Positions 48,347-57,688 of a DNA stretch of 64,000 nucleotides are shown piece after piece. How positions within the stretch are numbered: the first letter of the stretch is position 1; the number at the start of each line of letters is the position of its first letter. The notes beneath the pieces were generated by a model. That model ran no database searches. It saw only the letters and a list, made by a program, of their open reading frames with translations, and was not told where the DNA came from. Where the stretch lies: contig CAIZMI010000044.1 of assembly GCA_903934015.1 (NCBI GenBank), positions 5,027-69,026 of the forward strand, in the 5' to 3' direction. The stretch is from an uncultured bacterium. GTDB lineage: Bacteria; Patescibacteriota; Andersenbacteria; UBA10190; CAIZMI01. A program made the position numbers and the translations under genes.

Positions 48347-49882
48347 ATGTATCCTCAAATTGTCCCGTATTTGTGTGTGGGTTATATCGCGGGCGTAATG
48401 ATTGGAAGCGCATTTTCCCCCATAGTGGCGAATGTTTTTTATCTTACTTTTATTCTATACGGTCTCTTGATATTGTTTGGGCGTTATCAGGCGGTGAGAT
48501 ATGGATTAATTTTTGTCGGTTCTTTGTTGGCGGGATTGGTGTTGAGTGATTTGGCGGTTAGAAGCGATGTGCAAAGCATGGCGAGCTGGAAAAATGTTGC
48601 CGGAATTATCTCAAAATATGAAGGTCGTGTTCAAAGTGTGGAAGAAGATGGACTGTCATTAAAATTTCAAGTTGAAAACGTAAAGAAACAAGACACTAAT
48701 AATGTGTTGCCCGGAGTGCTTGAAATTAAGACAGCGGTTTCGGAGAGTATTCAGGTGGGAGACAATATTCAGTTTATTGGAAAAATTGCCATTCCGGATA
48801 ATTTTTCCTTAAGTGCTGGCCACTTTGATCCGCGTCGGTATTATGCCCGTTATGGAATTTTTGCCACAATGCTTAATCCGCGAATACAAATATTGCAGGG
48901 GGGCGCGGAAAATAAATTAACAATGTTTCGAAGTTATTTGCGGGAGAGGTTTTTTGTTTTGTTGCCCGAACCGGACGCGGGGCTTTTTTCGGCGACACTG
49001 TTGGGATACATGCGGGACGTTCCAAAAAGCTTGCGTACAGATTTTTCCAATTCCGGCTTAGCGCATTTGGTGGCAATTTCCGGGCAACACGTGAGCATGT
49101 TGGCCATCGCGATATTTTTTATTACAACAATGATCGGCGTACCGCGAATTTACGCGATGATTATTACCGCGATTTTAGCTACGGTATTTATTGCGTTAGT
49201 TGATTTTCCGCCAAGTGGTATTCGGTCGGTGATTATGGTGGCGGGGGTTTATTGGGCGATGGCGTCAGAAAGAAAATCCCACGGCGTTCGGATCCTTTTA
49301 GTAACCGTGGTGTTGATGCTTATGGCAAACCCGCGAATCCTATTGGCCGATTTGGGTTTTCAATTATCCGCACTGGCAATGTGGGGATTAATTGTATTTT
49401 ATCCTCTTTGTCAACGTTTTACTTTTCGCACGAATTCTTTTGGGTTGCAAAATATATTTTTAATGACCGCGTGCGCGATGTTTGCAACGACTCCGATTAT
49501 TGCCTATTCGTTTGGTAGGGTTTCGTTGATTGGCGTGGTTGCTAATGTTTTTGCGGCACCACTTTATCCGCCGTTAATGCTTTTGGGGGTATTAGTTTTA
49601 ATTTTTGGATGGATACCGATTTTCCAAAGTTTTTTGTTTTTTGCCACTCACACGCTTACAAAAATATTTTTAGAGTTGGTGGAGTTTTCGGCAAAACTTC
49701 CCGGCGCCAATATCCAATTGGTAGAATTTAAGGCAGAATATCTTGTGTCATTTTACATAATTTTATTTGTCTTATCAATTTTATTATCACGTTCGACACG
49801 AAGACAATTTTGGCCGATAAACGAATTGTTCAAAGTGAACAAAAATGGTGTCCACCCTGAACAACGAGGTGAAAATAAATAA
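48347..49882 (+). CDS. comEC: ComEC/Rec2 competence channel protein (DUF4131 + competence domain), lacking the C-terminal MBL domain
   Basis: Multi-TM protein. Competence-domain region (..SGLAHLVAISGQHVSMLA..). Confidence 0.75.
   Translation: MYPQIVPYLCVGYIAGVMIGSAFSPIVANVFYLTFILYGLLILFGRYQAVRYGLIFVGSLLAGLVLSDLAVRSDVQSMASWKNVAGIISKYEGRVQSVEEDGLSLKFQVENVKKQDTNNVLPGVLEIKTAVSESIQVGDNIQFIGKIAIPDNFSLSAGHFDPRRYYARYGIFATMLNPRIQILQGGAENKLTMFRSYLRERFFVLLPEPDAGLFSATLLGYMRDVPKSLRTDFSNSGLAHLVAISGQHVSMLAIAIFFITTMIGVPRIYAMIITAILATVFIALVDFPPSGIRSVIMVAGVYWAMASERKSHGVRILLVTVVLMLMANPRILLADLGFQLSALAMWGLIVFYPLCQRFTFRTNSFGLQNIFLMTACAMFATTPIIAYSFGRVSLIGVVANVFAAPLYPPLMLLGVLVLIFGWIPIFQSFLFFATHTLTKIFLELVEFSAKLPGANIQLVEFKAEYLVSFYIILFVLSILLSRSTRRQFWPINELFKVNKNGVHPEQRGENK
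49826..49842. promoter_or_regulatory. TTGTTCA-AAG-TGAACAA palindrome within the last codons of comEC, 42 nt upstream of the MBL gene start
   Basis: Fourth copy of the 7-3-7 motif. Confidence 0.5.
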
Positions 49883-49883
49883 A

Positions 49884-50747
49884 ATGAAGCGCAGGATAAT
49901 ATTTTTGATACTGGTGGGGACGTTGGTGTTTGGTATGGCCTTGTTTCTGCAAAAATCAAGCGACGGCAAAGTTTTTGTTAGCTTTATGAATGTAGGGCAA
50001 GGCGATACGATTTTCTTGCGTCAGGGAAATTTTGATCTTCTGGTGGACGGTGGACCGGATTTATCGGTTTTACAACGTCTTGGAGAAACGCGTCCTGCAT
50101 GGGATCGGAAAATTGACGTAATTGTATTGACACATCCGGATCAAGATCATCTTGGTGGATTATTATATGTTGTAAATAAATATAAGGTTGGGGCGGTTGT
50201 ATTGCCAAAAATTATCGAGAAGACAAAAAATTATCGAATATTCCTCCAAAGTATAATGGATAAACAAATTCCATTAGTTTTTGCCGAGGCGGGGCAAACA
50301 ATCATTTATAATGACATTAAATTAGAAATTTTTTCGCCTGATGAAAAACTGCTTTCTTGGGGAAAAACAAACATTAACAACGCTTCGGTGGTTTCGAGAT
50401 TAACTATTCCGGGGGTTTCGGCGTTGCTCACCGGAGACGTGGAGGCGCCGGCAGAAAATTATTTGGCAAAAAAATATAATACGATCCTCAAGTCGGATAT
50501 TTTGAAAGTCGGTCATCATGGCAGTAAGACATCGACAACTGCCGGTTTCTTGGGTGTTGTTAAGCCGAAAATGGCAATTATTTCGGTAGCGGCAAAAAAT
50601 ATGTTTGGACACCCAAATCCCTTAACACTAAAAAGACTTGGCGGAGTAAAAGTTGAAAGGACGGATAGGATGGGAACGATCACTTTGGAAAGTGACACGA
50701 AAACCAGAGAAGTTAAGTTGAGGTGCGAGAAGGAATGCGCACTTTAA
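49884..50747 (+). CDS. secreted/membrane-anchored metallo-beta-lactamase fold protein (ComEC C-terminal-domain-like, free-standing)
   Basis: N-terminal signal anchor. HPDQDH motif (HxHxDH). GHHGS. Confidence 0.75.
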   Translation: MKRRIIFLILVGTLVFGMALFLQKSSDGKVFVSFMNVGQGDTIFLRQGNFDLLVDGGPDLSVLQRLGETRPAWDRKIDVIVLTHPDQDHLGGLLYVVNKYKVGAVVLPKIIEKTKNYRIFLQSIMDKQIPLVFAEAGQTIIYNDIKLEIFSPDEKLLSWGKTNINNASVVSRLTIPGVSALLTGDVEAPAENYLAKKYNTILKSDILKVGHHGSKTSTTAGFLGVVKPKMAIISVAAKNMFGHPNPLTLKRLGGVKVERTDRMGTITLESDTKTREVKLRCEKECAL

Positions 50748-50950
50748 TTTTCAATTATCAATTTTACAATTTTCAAATAATTTCCAATGTTCAATGTTCA
50801 AAAATCTCGACGCAATTTTGATAATAGATAATTGAACATTATTTGGAAATTGGTCATTGAGAATTGAAAATTTTGGGTGTAAATAGTTACGATAATTCCT
50901 GAATATTCATATTTGTCAAATATTCGGTTTTCCCCTATATTGTTACCCAT

Positions 50951-51595
50951 ATGTCTAAATCTCAAAAAAAGTCGGAAGTGGATTCAAAAATAATGGAAAT
51001 AAAGCGTCAGCAGACGTTGGTTTTAATTAAGCCGGATGGAGTACAACGCGGATTGATTGGTGATGTTATCGGTCGCTTTGAAAAAGCCGGCCTTAAGCTG
51101 GTAGGAATGAAGATGATTTCCCCAAGTAAGGAAATTTTGGAAAAGCACTATACAAACGACGTTGCGTACCTAACCGCATTGGGTGAAAAAGCCAAGGCGG
51201 GAATGGAGAAAAGCGGATTATCAGATAGCCGTACGCCAATTCAGATTGGACAATGGATTCGTAATCAGTTGGGTCGCTATTTGGCAATCAGTCCTGTTGT
51301 GGCGATGGTTTGGCAGGGAACACACGCCATTGGCAATGTTCGCCAATTAGTTGGTAGTACTAATCCCATTTCTGCCGATGTTGGTAGTATTCGCGGTGAT
51401 TTAACAATCGACACTATCGAAATGGCCAACTTGGAAGGACGCTCTGTTAGAAACTTAATTCATGCCTCATCCGAACCGGAGGAAGCAAAACGCGAAATCG
51501 CGCTTTGGTTCACGAAATCCGAAATCTATGATTATGAAAACGTCATGGACAAAGTTTTGCATGATGCGGAATGGGACAGTCCAAAGAAGAAATAG
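50951..51595 (+). CDS. ndk: nucleoside diphosphate kinase with ~40-aa insertion
   Basis: TLVLIKPDGVQRGLIGDVIGRFE..VVAMVWQG..NPISADVGSIRGD. Active-site His is in NLIHASS. Confidence 0.8.
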   Translation: MSKSQKKSEVDSKIMEIKRQQTLVLIKPDGVQRGLIGDVIGRFEKAGLKLVGMKMISPSKEILEKHYTNDVAYLTALGEKAKAGMEKSGLSDSRTPIQIGQWIRNQLGRYLAISPVVAMVWQGTHAIGNVRQLVGSTNPISADVGSIRGDLTIDTIEMANLEGRSVRNLIHASSEPEEAKREIALWFTKSEIYDYENVMDKVLHDAEWDSPKKK

Positions 51596-52079
51596 GGTAG
51601 ATACTGTAATTAAATATGAAACGTGTCATTCCTGCCCGTGAGCAGGAATTCGTTTAATAAAAAAAGAGGCCGTTTCTTGGAAAAGCCTCTGACTGCGAAT
51701 TCGTTTTTTCAGTTTTCCATCCAGCACATTAACTGCTGGATGATCACCATCGACATCGCTGCCAAAACTAACCCAGCGATGTCGCGAAAAGAGAAGGAAT
51801 TCATCTTGAGATCCCTAACTGCAGTTTGTCCCCCTGCAGAGACTCCCCCTCATGGAGGCACCAAATTTAGAATGAACAATACAAAGAATATTGGGTACCC
51901 CCATGAGGAGATGCAATCTCAAATAGATTATTGCTTTAAGGATAATCCTTAAAGTTCATAAGGCTTAGTCGAGATTACTGCGCGTAATTTGTGTAATGGG
52001 CAGGATTTTTTACCGATAATGCATCTTAAACTATTATTGGATATTTGTCAATACTAGCATTTACTGCTAGTTTAAACAT

Positions 52080-53018
52080 ATGAAAAACCAAAAAACGGTT
52101 CTGGTGACCGGCGGGGCGGGGTTTATTGGCAGTCATTTGTGTGAGCGTCTTTTGAGTGATGGTCACGAAGTTCTTTGTGCTGACAATTTCTTTACCGGTT
52201 CCAAGGAAAATGTTCGCCATCTTTTAGATAACAAACATTTTGAAATGATTCGGCATGACGTTATCGATCCTTTGGTTGTGGAAGTGGATCAAATTTATAA
52301 TCTTGCTTGTCCGGCCAGCCCTGTGCATTACCAATACAATCCGATTAAGACGATTAAGACCTCGACTGTCGGCGTGGTAAATATGCTGGGTCTCGCGAAA
52401 CGCGTGAAGGCTCGAATTTTGCAAACTTCTACATCTGAAGTTTATGGTGATCCTATTGAACATCCACAGAAAGAAACCTATTGGGGCAATGTAAATCCTT
52501 TGGGACTGCGTAGTTGCTATGATGAAGGTAAGCGAGTAGCGGAGTCGTTGTTTATGAGTTATCACCGTCAGAATAATGTTGATATTCGCATTGTCCGCAT
52601 TTTTAATACCTACGGTCCGCGCATGCATCCCAACGATGGGCGCGTGGTCTCTAACTTTATTATACAGGCATTAAAAAATGAACCGATCACAATTTATGGT
52701 GATGGGACACACACCCGCAGTTTTTGTTATGTTGATGATTTGGTTGATGGGTTGGTAAAAATGATGGAAAACACGGAAACAATTGGTCCTGTGAATCTAG
52801 GAAATCCGGTGGAAATTACGGTCGGCGAATTGGCGAATCGAATCGTAAAATTAGTCGGTTCCAAATCCGAAATTATTTACAAAACTATCCCCGATGACGA
52901 TCCCAAAAAACGTCAGCCGGACATCACTCTCGCCAAAAAATTTCTAAAGTGGGAACCGAAAGTGGATTTGGAAACGGGTCTTAAAAAAACAATTGAGTAT
53001 TTTCGGGGAATATTGTAG
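52080..53018 (+). CDS. UDP-glucuronate decarboxylase (UDP-xylose synthase, SDR family)
   Basis: [14 protein letters not shown], YxxxK region, strong resemblance to UXS1/ArnA-type decarboxylases. Confidence 0.82.
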   Translation: MKNQKTVLVTGGAGFIGSHLCERLLSDGHEVLCADNFFTGSKENVRHLLDNKHFEMIRHDVIDPLVVEVDQIYNLACPASPVHYQYNPIKTIKTSTVGVVNMLGLAKRVKARILQTSTSEVYGDPIEHPQKETYWGNVNPLGLRSCYDEGKRVAESLFMSYHRQNNVDIRIVRIFNTYGPRMHPNDGRVVSNFIIQALKNEPITIYGDGTHTRSFCYVDDLVDGLVKMMENTETIGPVNLGNPVEITVGELANRIVKLVGSKSEIIYKTIPDDDPKKRQPDITLAKKFLKWEPKVDLETGLKKTIEYFRGIL

Positions 53019-53180
53019 GGTGGCAGGGTACTTTTAAATAAAATCAATGATAAGAGTAGCGCCTTGTACTTGCGAGTGAGTATTAAGCGCTGCTCTTGTC
53101 AAAAGATTCGGTGAGGTGCCGGACACGAATCCTCAAAAGGGAGCGTTCCATACTTGTTGGCAGCAAAAGGAGGTGTTCTG

Positions 53181-53743
53181 TGAAAAAGTGGAATCGGACG
53201 TTGTTTGACTGGACCGAGTACTTGCGGGCATGCGGGATGGACACAAATGTCCCAATAACGGATTGGCATGACCCAGCACTGATGTTGTGGCACAGGATTC
53301 ATGGTTTGCGAATTTATTCCTTGCCAAGTCATCAGCGCGCGATCCTTGAATTAGATGTCCATAGGTGCATAGTTTCGCCGACCAACCAGTGCAACGTGAT
53401 CACGCAACGAATTGGGGGGATCTGTGCCGGCAGTCGAAATGTTTATGTTGTGCACAAACAACATTCGCAGACATTTGAAGCTTCTTTCTTGTTGTTTGAT
53501 GGTGAGCATTTTTGTGATGCGGCGATTGATGTTGCGAGGTCGGTTTTCGTTGGATTTGGTGTAGCGAGTGCGGAAAAGTTCACTCTCTCTCATTTCACCT
53601 TAAGCCAGCAAACATTTGTTCACAAAAATGATCACTGGATGGATTACGCTTCATTTTTGCGTCAGGTTAAAGGTCTTCCAGCTTTTGCGAAAGTGGAAGA
53701 AGCCAAATTTAATCAACAATGTTTGTTTGTCGGACCTGGGTAG
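53181..53743 (+). CDS. hypothetical protein (GC-richer than flanks)
   Basis: AAAGGAGG RBS then GTG 53181. Confidence 0.3.
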
Positions 53744-53773
53744 ATTGGGGGTCGCCCATAGTCTGTAACTATT

Positions 53774-53800
53774 CCGCATGTGAAAGTGCGGTTTTTTTTT
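53774..53800 (+). terminator. rho-independent terminator CCGCA-TGTGAAAG-TGCGG + T9
   Basis: Follows the 53743 stop. Confidence 0.6.
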
Positions 53801-53807
53801 GTTTTTC

Positions 53808-54031
53808 GTCGGGACGCCGGGAATCCCGTTTTCCCCGTCGCGTGGCCTCGCCGTTTATTAAGCCGGGAATCGGCCTCGCCTCTCGGAGTACTGATGTCCT
53901 CCTCGGGCTGGCCACCGCCTCCTGTCCGTTTGCGGACAGTCCGGCGTCCGATTCCCGGGTATTCCGAGTCACAAAAAATAGGCCACAGGCCTATTTTTCA
54001 TGACAGTCGGGACGCCGGGAATCGGACCCGG
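53808..54031. repeat. GC-rich structured noncoding block with direct repeats TCGGGACGCCGGGAATC (x2), CCGGGAATCGG (x3 direct, x1 inverted) and hairpins (CTGTCCG-TTTG-CGGACAG; AATAGGCC-ACA-GGCCTATT)
   Basis: Seen directly; no convincing ORF. GC looks far above the genome background. Confidence 0.5.
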
Positions 54032-54417
54032 TCTACATGCACCCCATGCATGCGTACTACCGGTATACTACGTCCCGGTTGTTTCAATTATGCGCAAAAA
54101 AACGCGAGCCGTATATACAGCATACCGCATACTGAATACATCATTCTATATACTACTTCGTCATTTCTTTTGTCGCGATCTTGATACAAGAGGCGCACAA
54201 AAGCATCCGGATACCGGCGATTTTGCATTTCTGCAAGTTTGGGTATTGACGGCGTTTGGAAGCGATATTTGAGTGGCTTCTGCTAAAAGAAGACTGTGTT
54301 TTCTTTTCGCAACGCTGGCAAACTTTCATCATAGGGGTGGGGGATGAGGATTAAATACTGAAGGAATTTAACATATCATTTACATTCGAGCAAGAGTGAG
54401 CTGTGTTGTGGGAATGT

Positions 54418-54520
54418 CTAGTATCTAATTCCTAATTTCTAATGAAATGCACAAATGTCAATATAGTGTGTTGAATATTGGAAATTTCATTAGAAATTAG
54501 ATATTAGTAATTAGAAATTT
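54418..54520. repeat. AT-rich ~95-nt imperfect palindrome (CTAATTCCTAATTTCTAATGAAAT ... ATTTCATTAGAAATTAG...)
   Basis: Related to the 38966-39041 element. Confidence 0.45.
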
Positions 54521-54570
54521 GGCGTTGTATCAAACATGTATACGTGTAAGGGGTGTGCTATAATCTTTCT

Positions 54571-55194
54571 ATGTTCACCCTCACCATTCTCGCCACAATC
54601 ATCGGTTTTATTGTCGCTATTGTTATTCATGAGTCCGCGCATGCTTATGTGGCGGATCAATTGGGCGACCCTACGGCGCGTATCGAGGGACGTATTAGTT
54701 TGAATCCAATCAAGCACATAGACCCCGTTGGTACGATTCTTATTCCGGGTCTTCTACTGCTAACCGGGACAGGTTTTGTTTTTGGGTGGGCCAAGCCGGT
54801 GCCGATAAATCCTTATAATTTTAAAAAACCGATTCGAGACCGTTTGTTGGTGGCCTTGGCCGGTCCCGTTTCCAATTTTCTTATCGCTTGTATTTTTGCG
54901 TTGATCTATCGTCTTGCGCCTGGCGGTACCAATTTACCGACGCTCTATATTGCGATTATTACAATCAATCTGGTTCTGATGATGTTTAATTTGATCCCTA
55001 TTCCACCGCTCGATGGTTCGGCAATTTTGCCTTATGTTTTTAAAAACAACGCCGGTTTGCTCTATAGCATGGAACGTCAAGGTTATATGTATCTCTTGGG
55101 GTTGCTGGTTATTGATAGTTTAACCAATGGTATGATTTTGGGGGTAATAGTGCATTTACCGGTACAGTTTTTCTTGCGGATTTTTATCGGTTGA
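54571..55194 (+). CDS. site-2 protease (M50) family membrane metalloprotease-like
   Basis: HESAHAYV (HExxH) in TM1, multiple TM helices, LDGS-like motif near the C-terminus. Confidence 0.65.
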   Translation: MFTLTILATIIGFIVAIVIHESAHAYVADQLGDPTARIEGRISLNPIKHIDPVGTILIPGLLLLTGTGFVFGWAKPVPINPYNFKKPIRDRLLVALAGPVSNFLIACIFALIYRLAPGGTNLPTLYIAIITINLVLMMFNLIPIPPLDGSAILPYVFKNNAGLLYSMERQGYMYLLGLLVIDSLTNGMILGVIVHLPVQFFLRIFIG

Positions 55195-55278
55195 CGAAAT
55201 ATTCTATAGATAATAGAATACATTGTCCTGGTAGGGCAAAGGAATGGTTCTTTATGTTCTTGTAAGGGAGGGGTTGTT

Positions 55279-55554
55279 GTGAAAGGCAAAGACATAAAAT
55301 GTACCGTTGATGGGTGTGATGGGACCACGAATCCACAAAACGGCATCGTTCTGAAGAACGGTACTCTTGAAAGGCGCGCCAGTGCCGTTGCGTGCAGGCT
55401 GTGTTCGGCTCTGTATTGGGTAACGGATGGATTTTCCGTCGTGAAAAAGGGCACAGCGACGTGCATTTATTTGGTTGATGGGGAACCAACCGATCAAGCG
55501 CCTCCGATCAAACAATCAGTAGGGGTGGTTACTACTGCGATAGTGATCTTGTAG
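55279..55554 (+). CDS. small hypothetical protein with CxxxxC...CxxC pattern
   Basis: ORF track. GGGAGGGG RBS. Confidence 0.3.
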   Translation: MKGKDIKCTVDGCDGTTNPQNGIVLKNGTLERRASAVACRLCSALYWVTDGFSVVKKGTATCIYLVDGEPTDQAPPIKQSVGVVTTAIVIL

Positions 55555-55694
55555 CGAATAACCGGTTAATTCCCGGTTTTTTTAAATAAAAAGTGCTTAA
55601 TGGAGCCCAAAAAATATTGACTATTAAACGATATCAATATAAAACATTATTGAAAGAAACCGGTTCCTTTACAAAAGAAGAGAAGGAGAATGCG

Positions 55695-56288
55695 ATGTAC
55701 ATTTTAAACCTGATTGCACCCGAACTGTTACTTGTTGTTTTGGTTGGTTTGGGTACAGTATCGTGGATTTTTGGACGCAATTATGGTCGAAAGGACGCGA
55801 CCAGAACAATCGCAACACAAATTTGGAATCCGGACTTGTACGGAAGTCTCCAGCTTTTGTTGAATAATGGCGGTGAAATTTCACCGAAAGGAGACGGAGA
55901 TATTTATTCATTTCGTTATCCGAGGAGATTAATTCCAGGGGGTTTGCGTTTTCGGGGGCACATCGTTGGTTTTTGGCCTCACGCCACAGTTGAAGTTGAT
56001 GGTGAGTTGATAACAACGGAGTGGAAGGCTGGTTCTGACGGAAAAGTGAGGTTTCGTGATTTGATTTTTGGTATTAACCAAGGGGGTGTGAGGATAGACG
56101 TCACTTTTAAGTGTTATGGAATCTCACACATATTTCCCTATCTCCGTTCTCGATCGTTGGTCACCGTAATCACTCCGGAAGACGATGGAACGGTTGATGT
56201 GAGAGAAGAAGCAATCGTGGACTTAAGAGCGGGTAGTGGGCAAAAGTTTGGGGTTGTCGATTTTGAACCCGCTCTTTCTCCGTCTTAG
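55695..56288 (+). CDS. membrane-anchored hypothetical beta-rich protein
   Basis: N-terminal TM. Start at ATG 55695. Confidence 0.3.
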   Translation: MYILNLIAPELLLVVLVGLGTVSWIFGRNYGRKDATRTIATQIWNPDLYGSLQLLLNNGGEISPKGDGDIYSFRYPRRLIPGGLRFRGHIVGFWPHATVEVDGELITTEWKAGSDGKVRFRDLIFGINQGGVRIDVTFKCYGISHIFPYLRSRSLVTVITPEDDGTVDVREEAIVDLRAGSGQKFGVVDFEPALSPS

Positions 56289-56467
56289 CGTCAAGCGACC
56301 AATTCGATGATCCAAGTGGTCATCGAATTTTTTATTTAAATGGCGGTGGCACACAAAAACTGTGTGCTTTTTTTTGGGGGGTTGACAATTGGATAGTTTG
56401 GATAGTATTGATGATAGTATCTTTGGGTTGGTCTAATCGGTTAGTTTCGTTTTGTTGGTTCTTTTGA

Positions 56468-56731
56468 GTGAGGGGAATAAGTATGCCACATAGCGTGGGA
56501 GAAGTGAATAAACAAGTTCGCTATTTGAGATTGATTCACCGTTGTCGTGCGGGATTTGCACCATCATCTTTTTTTAGGAAGGATGTCGCGTTTCGTAAAA
56601 GATTGAATGCGCTTGGTTGGGAGAGGAAATCAAGAGAACCAGAACAAGTGCGTGATGTAGATGCGACAGCGCCACTCTCCGATGGGGAGTACTATGAACT
56701 CATGAGGGAGTATCGGGCGTTAGTGGCGTAA
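56468..56731 (+). CDS. small hypothetical basic protein
   Basis: ORF track. Followed by a terminator. Confidence 0.3.
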   Translation: MRGISMPHSVGEVNKQVRYLRLIHRCRAGFAPSSFFRKDVAFRKRLNALGWERKSREPEQVRDVDATAPLSDGEYYELMREYRALVA

Positions 56732-56743
56732 GTGAAGCAAACC

Positions 56744-56768
56744 AACCGCTCGATAGCGGTTTTTTTTT
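56744..56768 (+). terminator. rho-independent terminator AACCGCT-CGAT-AGCGGTT + T9. A conserved ~45-nt downstream box follows (copy also at ~57459-57505).
   Basis: Seen directly. Confidence 0.6.
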
Positions 56769-56847
56769 CGTGAGAATACTCAATGGATTTCGGATTTCTG
56801 CTTGTAATAGAATGTTTTTTAATTTTTTACTGTTACGTTCGTACGCG

Positions 56848-57084
56848 CTCACAGGTTTAGTAAAGAAACAAATCGTCGCGTTCACTCCCGAAGTGGCCCC
56901 TCGACCATGAGCTCCCTTCGGCTGTGAGCTCAGGGTTGTCGAACAGCGGGGTCGAATGGTGCCGAGGCACTTCTTCGGGAGTGGTAGAAGGTTTGCGTCG
57001 ACGCGAACCGTCGTCCACGTCGGAGGAAGTGCAAGCATGCACCACCTCCGACGTGATTACTGCGAAAAAACCTCAACCTGTGAG
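56848..57084 (+). ncRNA. candidate structured RNA (nested long-range helices). Function unknown.
   Basis: CGCTCACAGGTT (56848) pairs with AACCTGTGAGCG (57072). Inside: CACTCCCGAAGTGG...CACTTCTTCGGGAGTGG, GAGCTC-CCTTCGG-..GAGCTC, CACGTCGGAGG-N17-CCTCCGACGTG. GC-rich. Confidence 0.25.
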
Positions 57085-57176
57085 CGCTTACTTGCGCTTG
57101 GGTTGACAATCAATCGGTAATAAATTATCATCATTTGTTGATTGCTGTGTTGTTTGTTTGAACATTTAAAATTCTC

Positions 57177-57425
57177 ATGCGTGAAAATGAGAAAGCAGAA
57201 AAGGGGAGGAGAATGTCGCTGGTAAGCGCTTTGGGGAGTATTTGTATCTTTTATCTTGCATTTATTGCGGTTGGTTGCTTGTTTTGTTGGTCAATCGGGA
57301 TTTTGGCCTGGCCGTTTGGTGGCCGGTGTGATTGGTGTCGACGCTATCGGGCACCTTGGCAACTCGAGAGTGCGTCGTCTGCCGGCCAACCCTGTTATCG
57401 ATGTCGGGGCAGATGTTACTCCTGA
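57177..57425 (+). CDS. small Cys-rich membrane protein
   Basis: TM helix then CDWCRRYR..CYRCRGRC. Confidence 0.3.
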   Translation: MRENEKAEKGRRMSLVSALGSICIFYLAFIAVGCLFCWSIGILAWPFGGRCDWCRRYRAPWQLESASSAGQPCYRCRGRCYS

Positions 57426-57443
57426 TTGAGGGTTGAGAGTTGA

Positions 57444-57470
57444 ACCGGTCCATCGGAGCCGGTTTTTTTT
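57444..57470 (+). terminator. terminator ACCGG-N10-CCGGT + T8, followed by a second copy of the ~45-nt conserved box
   Basis: GGTTTTTTTTCGTGAAAATACTCAATGGATTTCGAATTTCCGC, ~93% identical to the box at 56758. Confidence 0.5.
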
Positions 57471-57560
57471 CGTGAAAATACTCAATGGATTTCGAATTTC
57501 CGCCAGAGTATAGAGAGTTGATAATTGATATCCATGTTTGTTGTAATGGTAGATAAAAAA

Positions 57561-57593
57561 CGACACTCTACACCCTACTGCCTACTGCCTCGC
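57561..57593 (-). repeat. family-4 element (reverse: GCAGTAGGCAGTAGGGTGTAGAGTGTCG) ~95 nt upstream of rpsL
   Basis: Matches the 20887 copy. Confidence 0.6.
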
Positions 57594-57688
57594 TCTGTCC
57601 CCTTGACTGAAATCTGTTCTTTCCGTAAAGTTCATGTGACACGCAATTCGTTTTGATTTTGCGGAGAATCATCTATTTTTATCAACTG

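Noticed and set aside
50790-50850. Fifth copy of the TTGTTCA-N3-TGAACAA operator upstream of ndk
   Set aside because: Only TGTTCAATGTTCA direct half-sites and a distant TGAACA are present. There is no 7-3-7 dyad.
51623-51952. 109-aa ORF in the ndk-UXS spacer
   Set aside because: It has odd composition, no RBS, and overlaps several hairpins. I treat the region as noncoding.
53745-54300. tmRNA, RNase P RNA or SRP RNA in the GC-rich noncoding block
   Set aside because: I looked for signature motifs: GGAAAGUCCGGGCUCC and GGGUGAAA for RNase P, a tRNA-like 3' end with a tag ORF for tmRNA, and the SRP domain IV GGAA loop context. None was found. Only a weak GACAGTCCGGCGTCC resemblance to P4 exists.
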